From NCBI RefSeq assembly GCF_964204645.1, contig NC_134034.1, positions 9,684,962-9,748,961 on the forward strand: DNA of 64,000 nt. Direction: 5' to 3'. Shown one piece after another: positions 36,501 through 48,545 of this stretch; positions within the stretch are counted from its first letter, which is position 1, and each line of letters begins with the position of its first letter. Source of the DNA: Tubulanus polymorphus (taxonomy: Eukaryota > Animalia > Nemertea). Both the position numbers and the translations under genes were made by a program. The notes under the pieces are model-generated. The model was not told the DNA's origin, did not search any database, and was given only the letters and a program-made list of their open reading frames with translations.

Positions 36501-39500
36501 ATTCCGGTTATTCAACACACTAGGGTGGAATTTTTCAGAATTTTCAAATTATCTTCAGCACTATAGGGTATTAATTAGCCAGCACTGAAAGGGTTAACAG
36601 GGATTTGAGTGGATTTGCCCCCTTGCGGGGATTTGTGCGTGGGACTCTGTTGAATATCCCCTTGACAAGGATTTTACTCTGATAACAGCCAGTCAGATAC
36701 CCTCTCACAGGGATTTGTATCTTAAGATTGGATGGCCCGAATGATAAGAAATGATATAAACGACAAAAGATTGAGCTGGGAGCCCATAGGGATATCTCCC
36801 ATATTGACACAAGAAAAAATGCATTTTCCGAGGTGATGAATGTCAAGATTGCAGGTATTTTCGACCCTACTCAATTTTGCCCTTCACATTTATTTGAGCG
36901 TATTGTCATGAGTACTGGTGGATAGAATACTCCACAGTATGGAGAGGAAAAAGACTGACATTTCAGAATTGAGAATTCTTAGATTCTATGCAGATTACCG
37001 CGTAATCCTCGCTTTGAGTTGTAGTTTTTGTGACCGAAACTGATAAGTTCTGATTTAATTTCCAGATGTATCCTCGGTGAGCTATTCACTAAACAGCCGA
37101 TGTTTCACGGCGCTCAGGAGCCGCAGCAGTTAGAGTTCATCAGTCGCACGTGTGGCACGCCGACCCCGGCCGTCTGGCCCGAGGTCATCCGTCTGCCGCT
37201 GTTCCATACGTTCAAACCGAAACGTAAATACAACCGACGGTTACGAGAGGAGTTTTCATTGTAAGTTCATTTTTAGAGCGCGACGTTTCGGAATTTGAAT
37301 TCCGACTTTCGAGTTTAGAAATGACCGTAGAATCAAAATCAAGGCAGCTTCTTAACTGGAAATCAGGGAAAAGTCGGTGAATTTTCTTTTCTTTTAACCC
37401 TTTTAGTGCGTCTACACCACAGTGCGGTGTATAAATCCGTGATGGATTTTGCTAGTACACTGCACTGTGGAGTAATTAGTAATCTCTCTTGAAAAATGGC
37501 AGCACCTGTCAAACATAGTGAACTATTAGTAACTAACGATACACCGCGCCACGGTGTAGACACACTAGTGGTATTCCCATTGTTCAACACACTAGGGTGT
37601 AATTTTTCAGAATTTTCAAATTATCTCCAGCACTATAGGGTATTGATTAGTTAGCACTGAAAGGGTTAAAAAGTCATGGAATATTGTTGAAAAAAAACTA
37701 TAAGTCGAAAATTTGTTGAGCTAAATTGAGTCTAAAGTCAAACAGTTTCCCTCTATGTGTTACATATTTAATTGTGTTTAGATTGGATTCTTAGCAGATC
37801 AAGTCGGGGAAAACAACGTTCTTGTTAGGGAAAATAGCAAATGAAATAATGAAAGTGCGGAAATTAGTTGACTTAGTTAACTAATTTCCACGTTAGTTAA
37901 ACTAACCCTAGAGCCAAATTTAACTTGACTTAGATATCTCTAGAGTAGTCAGAATTTGAGAATGAAATATATTCGTTTCTTTTTTTTCTACGTTCGTAGC
38001 CTTCCACGTTTGGCGTTGGATTTATTGGATCGTATGTTAGAACTGGACCCTAGTAAACGTTGTACGGCGGAGGAAGCGTTGAACAGTCCGTGGTTAAAAG
38101 ACGTCGAACCCGATGAAATCGATCCTCCTGAGTAAGTAATCACATGTGAGAGACTGATTGGGGAGGGGGGCAACTGGGGAAAAAAAGTTGCTATCTATAT
38201 GATCGGATTACAGAGGTATCTGTTATGATTCGTAGCCACGTTTTATGAGTGAAACTCAGATCGTGTTTGAAAGTCGATCACAGTTTGTATCGATGTGAAT
38301 ATTCTTCAGACCAAGTTTATCGTAGAATCAGTCGTGTTTAAACAGGAGAAAGTTTTAAATTTGTCTTCAAACTATTATTGTGAAGCCATGCGTTTTAAGC
38401 GTTGAAATTAAGATCGCGTTTGAAAGTCGTCACTGTTCGGTCGCAGTTTGTATCGATGTGAATATTCTTCAGACCGAGTTCATCATAGAATCAGTCGCGT
38501 TTAAACACGAGAAAAAAACGCATCGTCATCGGTTTCAATATTGAAATCATGACGTTATGGAGCCATCTCTTTCTCTGTAGTGGGTGGCTCCGGCTGATTT
38601 TGGGCGACGTGTGTATATGAAACTGAGTCCTATGACGTCGAAAATGTTCAACTTGGGATTTTTGGTTTAGTTTCAACACGGTGGCGCCACTGACCTGGAA
38701 AACATGAACAACTCTGGGAATCAGAAAAATCAGGGAAAACTCCAGGAATTTGACAAACTTTACGAAAAACCTGGAAAATTGGGGAATTCGGATTACAGAT
38801 TATCGACCTCGCTCAGGGGAATTATGTTTAATCACACGGTGAAAACTTGATTGATTTGGCGAAAATTGGTTCGAGGTTCAAATGAATAATTTTCGATTGA
38901 ATATTTTTCAGTTTGCCGCGCGATCAGGATTGCCACGAACTGTGGTGTAAAAAACGCAAGAAGGCGCTCGCGATGCAGAAACGCAGCGGTGGCGCCGGCG
39001 GTGGCGATAAGACAAACTCTGCGGCGGCGGCGAATAAAGATTCGGCGGCGTCAAACAACAAATCGGATAAAACTGCTGCGTCGCGTGCGAGCGGGGCGAA
39101 TCTACCCCGCAGCGTATCCGTGCCCGACCGGCTATCGACGACGAAAACCGGCGCGATTCCTGGATTGGATTTACAGGCCGGCGATAAGAAGAACACGCCC
39201 GATCGACGCACGGCGGCATCGAAATCGAAAGAACTCGATCCGAAAGTTCAAAATCAACTGGCAACGCTCGGCGAACTGGTGACATCCGACGACAACATGA
39301 ACATCGGTAAAATCGCGTCGGCGTTAAACGTTCCCGTCGATAACACGACCGCGCAGCTGCTCGAGAATCTGAATAAACAGTTACTGCTGGCGGCGTCCGT
39401 GAAGAAAGACGTGACGACTCCGCAGCAGCAGCAGCAGCAGCAGACGGAGAATACAACCGTCAGTCAGGATTCGTTCGCCAGTTCCACGAACTGTCAAGGC

Positions 39501-40187
39501 TCGACCGATGATAGCGGAAACGGCGGCGGCGGACTCGCGCTCCGTCCGGTTTATAGCAGCAGCCACGTGCGTAATTTCTCGGAGGATACGTTGATGAGCG
39601 CGCCTGGTACCGATAACAGCGAGCAGCAGACGACTGGCAGTGGCACGGCGGCGTCGGATGCGAACGCCGGCGTTAAAGCCGCGCTCGCTCAGTTACTCGC
39701 GCAGCAAGGCGTAAATGTAAAAACGTCGGGTGAAACGACGACGTCGAAGCAGCGTCAATCGCCAGTGAGTTCGCGATCGAGTGATTTCGGCGGCGGGGTG
39801 GGGAACGATGGCAGCGCCGGATCGCAGGACATGGAGTTCAGTCCGCAGATGCCTGTCAAGCAAAAGGTGCAGAATTTCTTCGACAAGTACCGCGACGACG
39901 CACCCGGCGCGTCGGGCACGCCTCCGACGACTCGGCGCGACGAGCAGACGGACGACCGGTTCGGCAGCGAGTCGTCCTCGCGAGGATTTAGTCAGTCGAG
40001 GTATAACCGAGGCGGAGGAGGTGCCGGAGGAGGAGGAGGTAATCGTCGCGGCAGTTTACAACACGAATTTCGACGCGAAGAACACTACAATCGTGCATCG
40101 GTGGCGCCGCCTACGTCGATGCACCGGTCATCAACCTCGCAGCGTGGCGGAGCGGGCGGAGGTAGTAACAATTATCGTCATTGGTAA
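26700..40187 (+). CDS. CDK12: Cyclin-dependent kinase 12/13 (RS-rich N-terminus, Pro-rich region, CTD kinase domain), about 1400 aa
   Basis: Exons 26700-27583, (28709-28807), 30287-31060, 32156-32347, 33081-33208, 33677-33847, 35027-35216, 36023-36184, 37066-37260, 38000-38131, 38912-40187. Motifs [48 protein letters not shown] and the DCHELW C-terminal extension. Confidence 0.95.
27707..27833. mobile_element. Harbinger-like MITE (CAGTTGCTCAAAA family)
   Basis: TIRs; relatives at 4238-4364, 50288-50417 and 57660-57791. Confidence 0.7.
28709..28807 (+). CDS. CDK12: Putative CDK12 99-nt symmetric (phase 2-2) exon
   Basis: tttacag acceptor, CA|gtaagg donor, open in the required frame, exon-like GC content. 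Confidence 0.55.
29057..29196. mobile_element. Harbinger-like MITE with CTG TSD
   Basis: CTG-GGGCCAGTTGCA...TGCAACTGGCCC-CTG. Confidence 0.75.
30287..31060 (+). CDS. CDK12: CDK12 RS/Pro-rich exon
   Basis: [13 protein letters not shown]...[10 protein letters not shown]...; ttgcag acceptor, gttagt donor. Confidence 0.9.
31629..32061. mobile_element. PIF/Harbinger-like MITE with TTA TSD
   Basis: TTA-GGGGTCGTCCATTTATTA ... TAATAAATGGACGACCCC(C)-TTA. Confidence 0.75.
32156..32347 (+). CDS. CDK12: CDK12 exon (DLPMPP...KRPR)
   Basis: Canonical splice sites, phase 2-2. Confidence 0.88.
33081..33208 (+). CDS. CDK12: CDK12 kinase exon (WGERCVD...[13 protein letters not shown])
   Basis: Gly-rich loop. 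Confidence 0.94.
33677..33847 (+). CDS. CDK12: CDK12 kinase exon ([22 protein letters not shown])
   Basis: PITA(V/I)RE cyclin-binding helix. Confidence 0.94.
33875..34978 (-). repeat. 60-bp satellite array (inverse of 18272-18927), about 18 copies, fills a CDK12 intron
   Basis: Same unit, reverse-complemented. Confidence 0.95.
35027..35216 (+). CDS. CDK12: CDK12 kinase exon ([12 protein letters not shown]...HRDIKCSN)
   Basis: Catalytic loop. Confidence 0.94.
36023..36184 (+). CDS. CDK12: CDK12 kinase exon (DFG and activation loop)
   Basis: DFGLARLY...[14 protein letters not shown]. Confidence 0.94.
36302..36597 (+). mobile_element. piggyBac-like MITE
   Basis: Same TIR/TSD. Confidence 0.85.
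37066..37260 (+). CDS. CDK12: CDK12 kinase exon (CILGELFTK...EEFS)
   Basis: Canonical splice sites. Confidence 0.93.
37394..37669 (+). mobile_element. piggyBac-like MITE
   Basis: Same TIR/TSD. Confidence 0.85.
38000..38131 (+). CDS. CDK12: CDK12 kinase exon ([15 protein letters not shown])
   Basis: Canonical splice sites. Confidence 0.93.
38912..40187 (+). CDS. CDK12: CDK12 terminal exon ([17 protein letters not shown] plus low-complexity tail)
   Basis: Long ORF ending in TAA. Confidence 0.88.
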
Positions 40188-40472
40188 CAGTAGGTGAACT
40201 TTAACGGAATGATCATGCAAACAAAGGAATTGCGCAAGATGCCATCTGGTGGCGTAAACGGTTGTTAATTGAATTGAGGGGAGTGGCCGAGTCTGGTGTT
40301 CGAATATCGTGCCGGCTTTGGAGTAGTTTATCTGGGCCCAATTTGCTCCAGTGAAACTAGGTGCGGTTTTCTCCAGTAAAACTGGGCCTCCTTCAATAAA
40401 ACTGGTTATGATCTGCTCCAATAAACGAGGAGTTAGATCTGCTCCAGTAAAACTGGTTGCGGTCTGCTCCTG

Positions 40473-40527
<55 letters not shown>

Positions 40528-40528
40528 A
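40473..40528. repeat. (GAT)n microsatellite in the CDK12 3' region
   Basis: Direct inspection. Confidence 0.9.
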
Positions 40529-43500
40529 TTTGTATTTATATTCAAATGAAGCGTTCCTATCCAGTAAAGAGTATTATTAATTATAGTAGTATTTCGCGGC
40601 ACTCTGTACCGAGCGTCTCGAATCGAGTTTCAATTTATAAATACTACTACGTTTAGTTTCGTTCGGACTTTCGATCGAAAAAATCCCCGGATCCGGTTCC
40701 GCAGTTTAGCGTTTGAATTATGCGGCTTGTCGAGTTAAGTTACAGTTGAGTTGGGAAACTGGGTTACAATTTTCACGGAAAAAGTTATAGAACGCTCTTT
40801 TATCAATTTGAATAATTTGCTGATTCCGTGAACCGTACACGTCGCCCACCTCAGACAAAATGGAAAGACAAAGCTTGCATTAAGGATAGGAGGAAAATAT
40901 GTTTAAAAAGTCTGAAAATTGATTTTGTTTTGTCCTTGGGAGTCGTAATCATTTGACTACTACAAGGTTGGTCTAGAGTCCCAGTTGGCCATGTACGCTG
41001 TGTGCTGTAGTATTTTCCGCAAAATCTACCCCTTCAACTGCGGAACCGGGTCCCGCAGTTCGCAATCGATCGAAAAGCATTTTTTTATCCGCGGTCGCTC
41101 GAAGCCTGCCTTACTTAATTGTGATCATAGATTCCTGGAATTTCGGTTAAGTTGATTCCGTAGTATAGGAGCTGAAATCGATCCGATGTTTCAATCGTGT
41201 TCGATATCATTTTAACTGGAATTACGGAACCGTGTGTCGCGTTCCTCATTCGTAACGGGGCCGTGCCGAGCTTTTTTTTCTAGAGTTCTATTTCATGAAA
41301 AAGGGCACTATTTACCACGAAAAAGGGCCGCTTTCCTGTCGAAAAAGAGTACGTCTTAAATACGAAGTGCCCGGGAATGAAACGTTTTAAAGTGGATGAA
41401 AAAACATAAAAATTGTATCTATATTTCGAAGGATTTTGATCCAAATTTGTTTACACTGACCCTTTGAAGGACACTAACCCTTTAAAGATTTTAGGGGGCT
41501 TCGTTCGCTACCCCTGAACCCCCCTCGGCACGGGCCTGCATAACATACAATCCGATTTGACTTCTTACATGTATTTATTAAACATCCCGACGTTCGGTGT
41601 CTTATATTTTTCCATGTACAATATTTTTGTGTTCAGCTCGCTCTCTCTTGTTGAATTAATTCTCGTTCGAGCTGATAGATGGCGCGCCGACCATGACAAT
41701 CTGAATGAACGTTCAGGCGTTTATTGTTCAATCATGTAAGAATGTGAATTAAGGCGGTCTAGATGAAATGTGTTTCGCGTGTATCAGTGATTTACGAGTC
41801 TTTTGCCCAGGGCTAATTTTCACAAGAAGGATCATATCCTACTTCAATTGGAACCTTCGTGCGTCTACACCGCATTAGGGTGTAGTAACGGAGTTGCCGC
41901 GATGTATTGATTTAATAATTGATTAGTTAAAATTTCTAATGAAAGATGGCAGCACCTGTCAAACATAGTGAAAGTTAGTAACTAACTATACACTGCATCG
42001 CGGTGTAGACGCTCGATAGCTTTATACAATGAACTGGGGTCTTCTGGGCTGCAGTTTTTTTCTGTTTTTTTACTTCGAGTACTTAGATATTTTTGTTTCT
42101 ACCCCAGATCGTTTAAAGAATATGAAGCATGGCGTATTGTGGTATCGGATCATTTTGGTGGGTTTGATTTGTGATTCTGTTGCGTTTATCTCGGTCGAAG
42201 TATCATGCGTTCAACGTCTCAATCGCAGATTACCAGGCGCCTTCACCTTTTCGATATTTCATCAGTAATTTTGGATTGTTTAGGATTTCATGATTGAAAA
42301 TAAACTACAATCGTACCAGACATTAGACATTCTATCAGCACACTTTCAAAAACTGATCGTCCATATTTCACATGTGTTCAGTACTTCACCTGAGACGTCT
42401 TTAATTGAAAATGAACTACGAACACCAGATATTAAACATTTTATCAGCACACTTTCAGAAACTGATCGTCCAAAATTCATTATCATTGAATGCCTCGATG
42501 GGTGCAGGCTCCAGGTCTAGGGGGTTGGTTCCGGGCTGCAGATTAGTGATACCTGGAAAGAAATGTTTTTTTTTTTTTTTTCAATTTTTTGTTCTCAAAC
42601 AAAGCTCGACAATATTGTTTGTTTGTGAATTCTGGATCTTCGATGGTGATATTTTTTTCTGTCGTGCGCTGCGGTGACCGCGACGATTTTCTTTGACCGA
42701 TGTTTTTTAACGATGGCGAAATGTTGTGAGCTCGTCGTTGTTTAAAAACAGATCGAGGGGAATTCGAAAAGCGTGAAGAAAAATAGAGAAGCCGAAATGT
42801 TTCTCGAGTCGGGATCGAGTTCATTTGGCAACTGTGATATCCCTGAATTCGGAGCCTAGCAGCGGATTTTAACGAAATGCCCGCGGCAGTACCGATTCGG
42901 TTCTTCTAGCGCGCTCACTGGGCCTGGTTTCGCGAAAGAAGTTAACTCGTAGATTATCAGTTGATTTTTGCAGTTGGTTGTTGCATTACGATTTGGATGA
43001 GGATGACGACGTAAACGAGAAACTGTTTTAAGCTTTAACTTTTTGCGAATCCCGTTCGGAGGGGGGGCAGTGTTTGGGTTTCTTCTGTGGTTATGAAGCG
43101 AGGAAGATTGTTTGCTTTAAAACTCTGTGAATTGTTTAATTTCCCGTGTGTGTGTATATATATGTACATGTATAAATGAGAAAAAAGTAATTGAAAAAAT
43201 GAAAGACAAATTGTGTCATTGTAGTCTTTTTGTCAATAAAATTAAATATATGATTTAGCTCATTGTTGTCGTATTAGGAGTTTGAAGTTTGTCATGGTAT
43301 TAAACAATCCACCAGAACCTGCTACAGTAGACTTGTAAAGTCTATTGCCTTAGAGGAATATCCCATGCCCCGACAAAACCGTATAAGGCCACTGTTAGGA
43401 TCTACGGAAAACATTGCATTACAACGAATTTGGCAACGTTATAAAGAATGGTAATTTCTTGGGGGCCCATCGAATCTTCAGATGCATACCAGTACCCTTA

Positions 43501-44067
43501 ATATAACAATCAACCTCCACTTATGCCTTTTCAATGATCAAAAACGCCCTTAAATGTGTCACAAGACCTTCGAAAAGTACGTATTGGATCCTTCTGGTAT
43601 TCGTCTGTCCATAGAAGTGAAAGCGCTTACACTTCTATGGTCTGTCCAAGGACTTGGGTGACAAAATCGGTAAGTGGTTTTTTTTGTTCCTTGTGATATT
43701 CTGTATGTTCATTTTATTGTCTAATTTACAGTTCTGTTTTCTATTGCATGTCATTTGCTATGTAGCCTGTGTTTTATAAAGAAATACAAATGGAAAGTCA
43801 AGAAGGTTAAGTCTTTCATGTGAATTTGTAGAGACTAAAGGGGCGGCGGAGAGAAACGGAATATTTAGGACAACATTAGTCCGGTGGTTGGACAAGCTCT
43901 TGTTTCGAAAAGGATTACGGAGTAGGACAGGCTGGTTTACCCAATGAAAATGTATCGATATCTTGACTAAAATAAAAAAAAATGTAAAGGGCAAAAGATG
44001 GATGAATTCAAATTAGGTTTTATTTCTAGGAACGAGCAGGCTCTGGGAAGCGAGCGTATTTATGTAT

Positions 44068-44115
44068 GATGACGTCATCGTTGATTAGTGATTTCCCCGA
44101 AACTTCACTTCCTGG
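44068..44115 (+). promoter_or_regulatory. Putative UBE2D promoter elements (CRE plus ETS motif)
   Basis: GATGACGTCATC palindrome at 44068-44079 and CACTTCCTGG at 44106-44115, upstream of the 5'-UTR donor at 44256. Confidence 0.45.
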
Positions 44116-44765
44116 ATAGATTACTTATTCATTTAGAGTGGGAGAAATTTTCTGATGAAAACGGATTCGAGTGAATTCGTCCAGGAGATCGAATAGAAAC
44201 CACGACGGACGATAGGCTGACGAGACCGAGAACGTTATTAAAAGTATTCGAAACCGTGAGTCGCTATTTTAATCGAGAAATTGTATATTTATTTATTTAT
44301 TGGTTGGTTGGTTTATCGATGATTGAGAGTAGAAATTTTGAAAAGAGGTGTTTCCGTTCCATTGACCAAGAAAAAACTCGGGTCTTATTGAAAATAATTC
44401 CGATATTATTGCCTGTTCTCATGAATTGTCTTGGTTTGTAAAAATATCCGATCGTGAAACTAAACCACAGATAGATTTACTGACTACTCAAAGCGTTTTG
44501 TAACCAACTTGAAATACTGTCTGGAACTCTGAATTTCGACTAAACTGTGGCACAGAATTTTACCCAACCCTGTGTGGTCACTGACTTAAAACGGCAGTCA
44601 GGTTACTGACTAAACTGCAGTCTGGTTACTGACTAAATGGTAGTCCGATAATGGAATCATATTTTCGGGTAGGCCTTTACCCACGCCTTACAACCATCTG
44701 TCTACTCTGTCCACTTAATAACGTTTCATTTCCTTCATTTGTAGGTTGACGAAAAGCAGTTTTAA

Positions 44766-45233
<468 letters not shown>

Positions 45234-45360
45234 AGCGTGCGGGCGTCGCGAGTGAGACACCGCGAGCGGGTTTAAACCGTTTGAAAAAACGCTACGGATC
45301 TGCGTTATGACGATAATCGATAAGAGAAGCCCGCGATAATAACGAAAAATTTATCTTCGG

Positions 45361-45404
45361 TATTCCTGAAGACGGCTGATAGAATATAGCCGAAATATCG
45401 AATA
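45361..45404 (+). ncRNA. Minimal type-I hammerhead ribozyme motif (Penelope-like)
   Basis: TATTC-CTGAAGA-C-GGCT-gatagaatat-AGCC-GAAA-TA-TC-GAATA: 5-bp stem I, core CUGAAGA/GAAA, 4-bp stem II, palindromic vestigial stem III. Confidence 0.7.
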
Positions 45405-45415
45405 AACTACGACTA

Positions 45416-45757
45416 CAGGGTCCCTACAACTCCGTGATTCTACTCCTTGTTAACCAACCATATTTTTCAAGGTCCTTGAATATCCTTGAATTTGAGCAAA
45501 ATACCCAAAAGTCCTTGAAAATTCCTTGAATTTTGAGAAATTGGCAATTAGAAAATGTTTAGGTTTTAAGCCTAGTTATTATACACACAGATTCCACTGA
45601 ATGAAATTTACTGAGTTTACTGAAATCAGCAGTACTGATTTAGGAGGAGTCTACAGCGATTGGGATATGAAAGTGATGCCGACACTCTTCTCGAAATTTG
45701 AAATGTTCTCCTTGAAAACTCCTTGAATTCTGGAATCGCTGATCTGTAGGGACCCTG
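45416..45757. mobile_element. hAT-like MITE (CAGGGTCCCTACA TIR) inserted into the hammerhead-bearing repeat
   Basis: 13-bp TIRs; related copies at about 770-1130, 10530-10660 and 12703-13110. Confidence 0.6.
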
Positions 45758-46697
45758 CGCTAGGTCAAGGAAACATTTTTGGGCTTTGTATCATTTTCTC
45801 GTTGTTATTGGTCGGTTTTCTATAAAGAAACTGACGTTCTTTATTCCCGGACTGTGTTCAAACTGCCATCTATTGTTCATTTTATCATCAACTCGCTTTT
45901 TGGGTTTTTTTTTCTAGTTTATGTTTCCAAATCGTAATTTTCAGACCAATCTGCGTGATTTTGTCTAGATAAGACCGGGCTAATACTTTGACCCGGATTT
46001 ATTGCGGGTTATGGCACCTCCACCAGATATTACCATTTCTAAACCACTTGATTTTCTGACGATTTATTATATATATTTTTTCGCAGATCTGAATTTTAAC
46101 GACAAGGTCTGAAATATTTTTTCGTGAAGCTGTCTCATTTTCCTGTGATAGTGATGTTAGAATGATGAAAGTAGAAATTGTTGACTTAGTGTTATACTTA
46201 TTGAATGTTTTTTGGGTAATAGGTCTCTGCTTTGCCTGATATTGTAAGTTTTTGATAGTTGGTTCATTAGCATCCTCCCTCGGCAGGGATTTGAACCTGA
46301 TGGCATCGAGACTCGTCGCAGTATGAAGGTCCTGCCACACTAGCTACACGCGCAGCTTAGATGATATCATTATTAGCCAATCAGATATCCCGTTTTATCT
46401 TAGCCCGTAAAATTTACCTCAGTGATTATACAACGAGCAATCTGATTGGTGCAGCAAGTTTTCGTGCGGTAAACCTGCACAGGTCTAGTGTGGCAGGGTT
46501 TCGTACCGTGGCTGAGTGTGGCTGAATGTAGCAATGTCACCAGGTTCGAATCCCAGCTGGCGGGCGATGGATCAGTAGAGATAAATGGGTATTTATGTAA
46601 TACGGTACATTGTGTCTTTCCGCAAGTTTTTCTTCGTTTTTCGTTGAAACTCAACTGAAAAATTATCTATACTTTTCAATGATTATTATAATTATTA

Positions 46698-46799
<102 letters not shown>

Positions 46800-48545
46800 G
46801 ATATTGTCAATAAAGCTTCTATTGTGAAATGGATGATATATTTGTTAACAAGATTTTGTTAATTGCGGATTTTCAAGGAATAAACCAAGCGGTCTTAATA
46901 CTCGAATTTATGCTTGAACAAGGATGTCCCGAATTTGAACCCGGTATAATGATATTCTGAGGGCAGGGTTTATGGCAGTCCTTGAAGTTTTGAAGGAAAT
47001 GGAAATGGGTCAATTCAAGGCCTTGAGTATTGTGGAATGGGCCCTAAAATCCTTAAATCATAGGCATGGTCCTCGAATGGCATCGTTTGCCCAGATCCAA
47101 GATTCAACTTCTTCAAATCTACTGATTATAAGATCAAGAATGCCTGGAAAATGTCTGGTTTAAGCATCGCGTTTATATATAAGTCCTGGAATTGAACTGC
47201 GAGTCAAAAGGACTCCTTAAAAGTCATTACATGAGAGGGTCATGGACACTGACCCTTGTAAGGGGTCTAGATGATAAGATGAGGATAAACAGAGTTGTCC
47301 CAAGTTCGATCCCAGTCTCGTTACCATTGTGATTTTCTTAATTGGATGATACAATAGATGGGGCAGCAACAACAAAAAATACAGCGTTCAGAATATGCAG
47401 ATATTCTGAGGGGACGTCTAGATGATAAGAACATGATTATCATGGGTGTCCCAGGTTTTACGATCCTGGCCTACTCGTCTAGCCTGTTGTTGTAATTCGT
47501 TAATCGGAAATCCAAAAGATTGAGTGAGCCGTTTAAGAAAACAACAACAAAAAAACTATGCAGTGATTAAAAACCTATGAATTCACGCCAAGTTCAAATT
47601 AGGCCTAAGTGACGTTGATTATTTATCTATGACGTTACTGAACTGATTTAGAAACGACTGTATAACCGGTTTGTTTGACAGAAAGTTTTGGCGCCATCAA
47701 TCGGAATTTCCGTGAACTCGACAGAACACAATATAAATCTCCGCGAAATTTCCACAATGAATCTATTGTGATTTTGGTTCACTGAAAATCCACCAGATGG
47801 GGATGCGACGTCGAAATACATTTATACACCGATTAAGGCTACAAAAAGCTCCCGGAATGAAACTAAAAGGTGTTCAAAACACGTGTATATGTTCAAAATA
47901 TGTTCAAATTAATCGTAAATTAGTTAATTAGGCAACGTAATTATTTGTCTAACGTATTTGAACTTATTTAGAAACGACTGTACGACCTTTTCTACTCAGC
48001 AGAGATTTTAGCGCCATCTAACCTGGTTTTATATACCGGGTAATCGTTTTCACAGAATTCAGTTTCTGGACCAGGTTCGAACCTGGAACACCCCTGTATA
48101 TATCCGCTATCTAGGTGTGAATCGGAATCAGTGTGCAGGCCGTCAGGTTCGAATGATCCGTCAGGTGTATTGAAGTAGCAATAGGGTTCGAACCTGTTTA
48201 TCCTCTATTCAGCTTCCAGACCCCGCAGTTTAACGATCGTTAATAGACATGAGCATGAACCTGGGCCCCCCCATTTTAGTCAGTAGACCGGGTTCGAACC
48301 CGAGACACTATAGACTGGTTGCCTGTCCCATTCAAATTGAAGATAGCGACCGGTAACCGGTCTAGAGACTCTCCTGTTTATCTCATTTCCAGTACACAGG
48401 TTACTATGAGCAGGGAAGTGTGATGTGTCTCATCACACTTCCCTGCTGTGAGCCAGTATCCAGACTGGATCTCAAACACGAGACACGTCCTCTTATTTAT
48501 TCTCTAAAATTCTGCTTTAGGTACCATGAGTCAGTGTCAGTAATA

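Noticed and set aside
38912-38965. [12 protein letters not shown] motif with the CDK12/13 C-terminal cysteine
   Set aside because: Expected family feature, used only as evidence for the CDK12/13 call.
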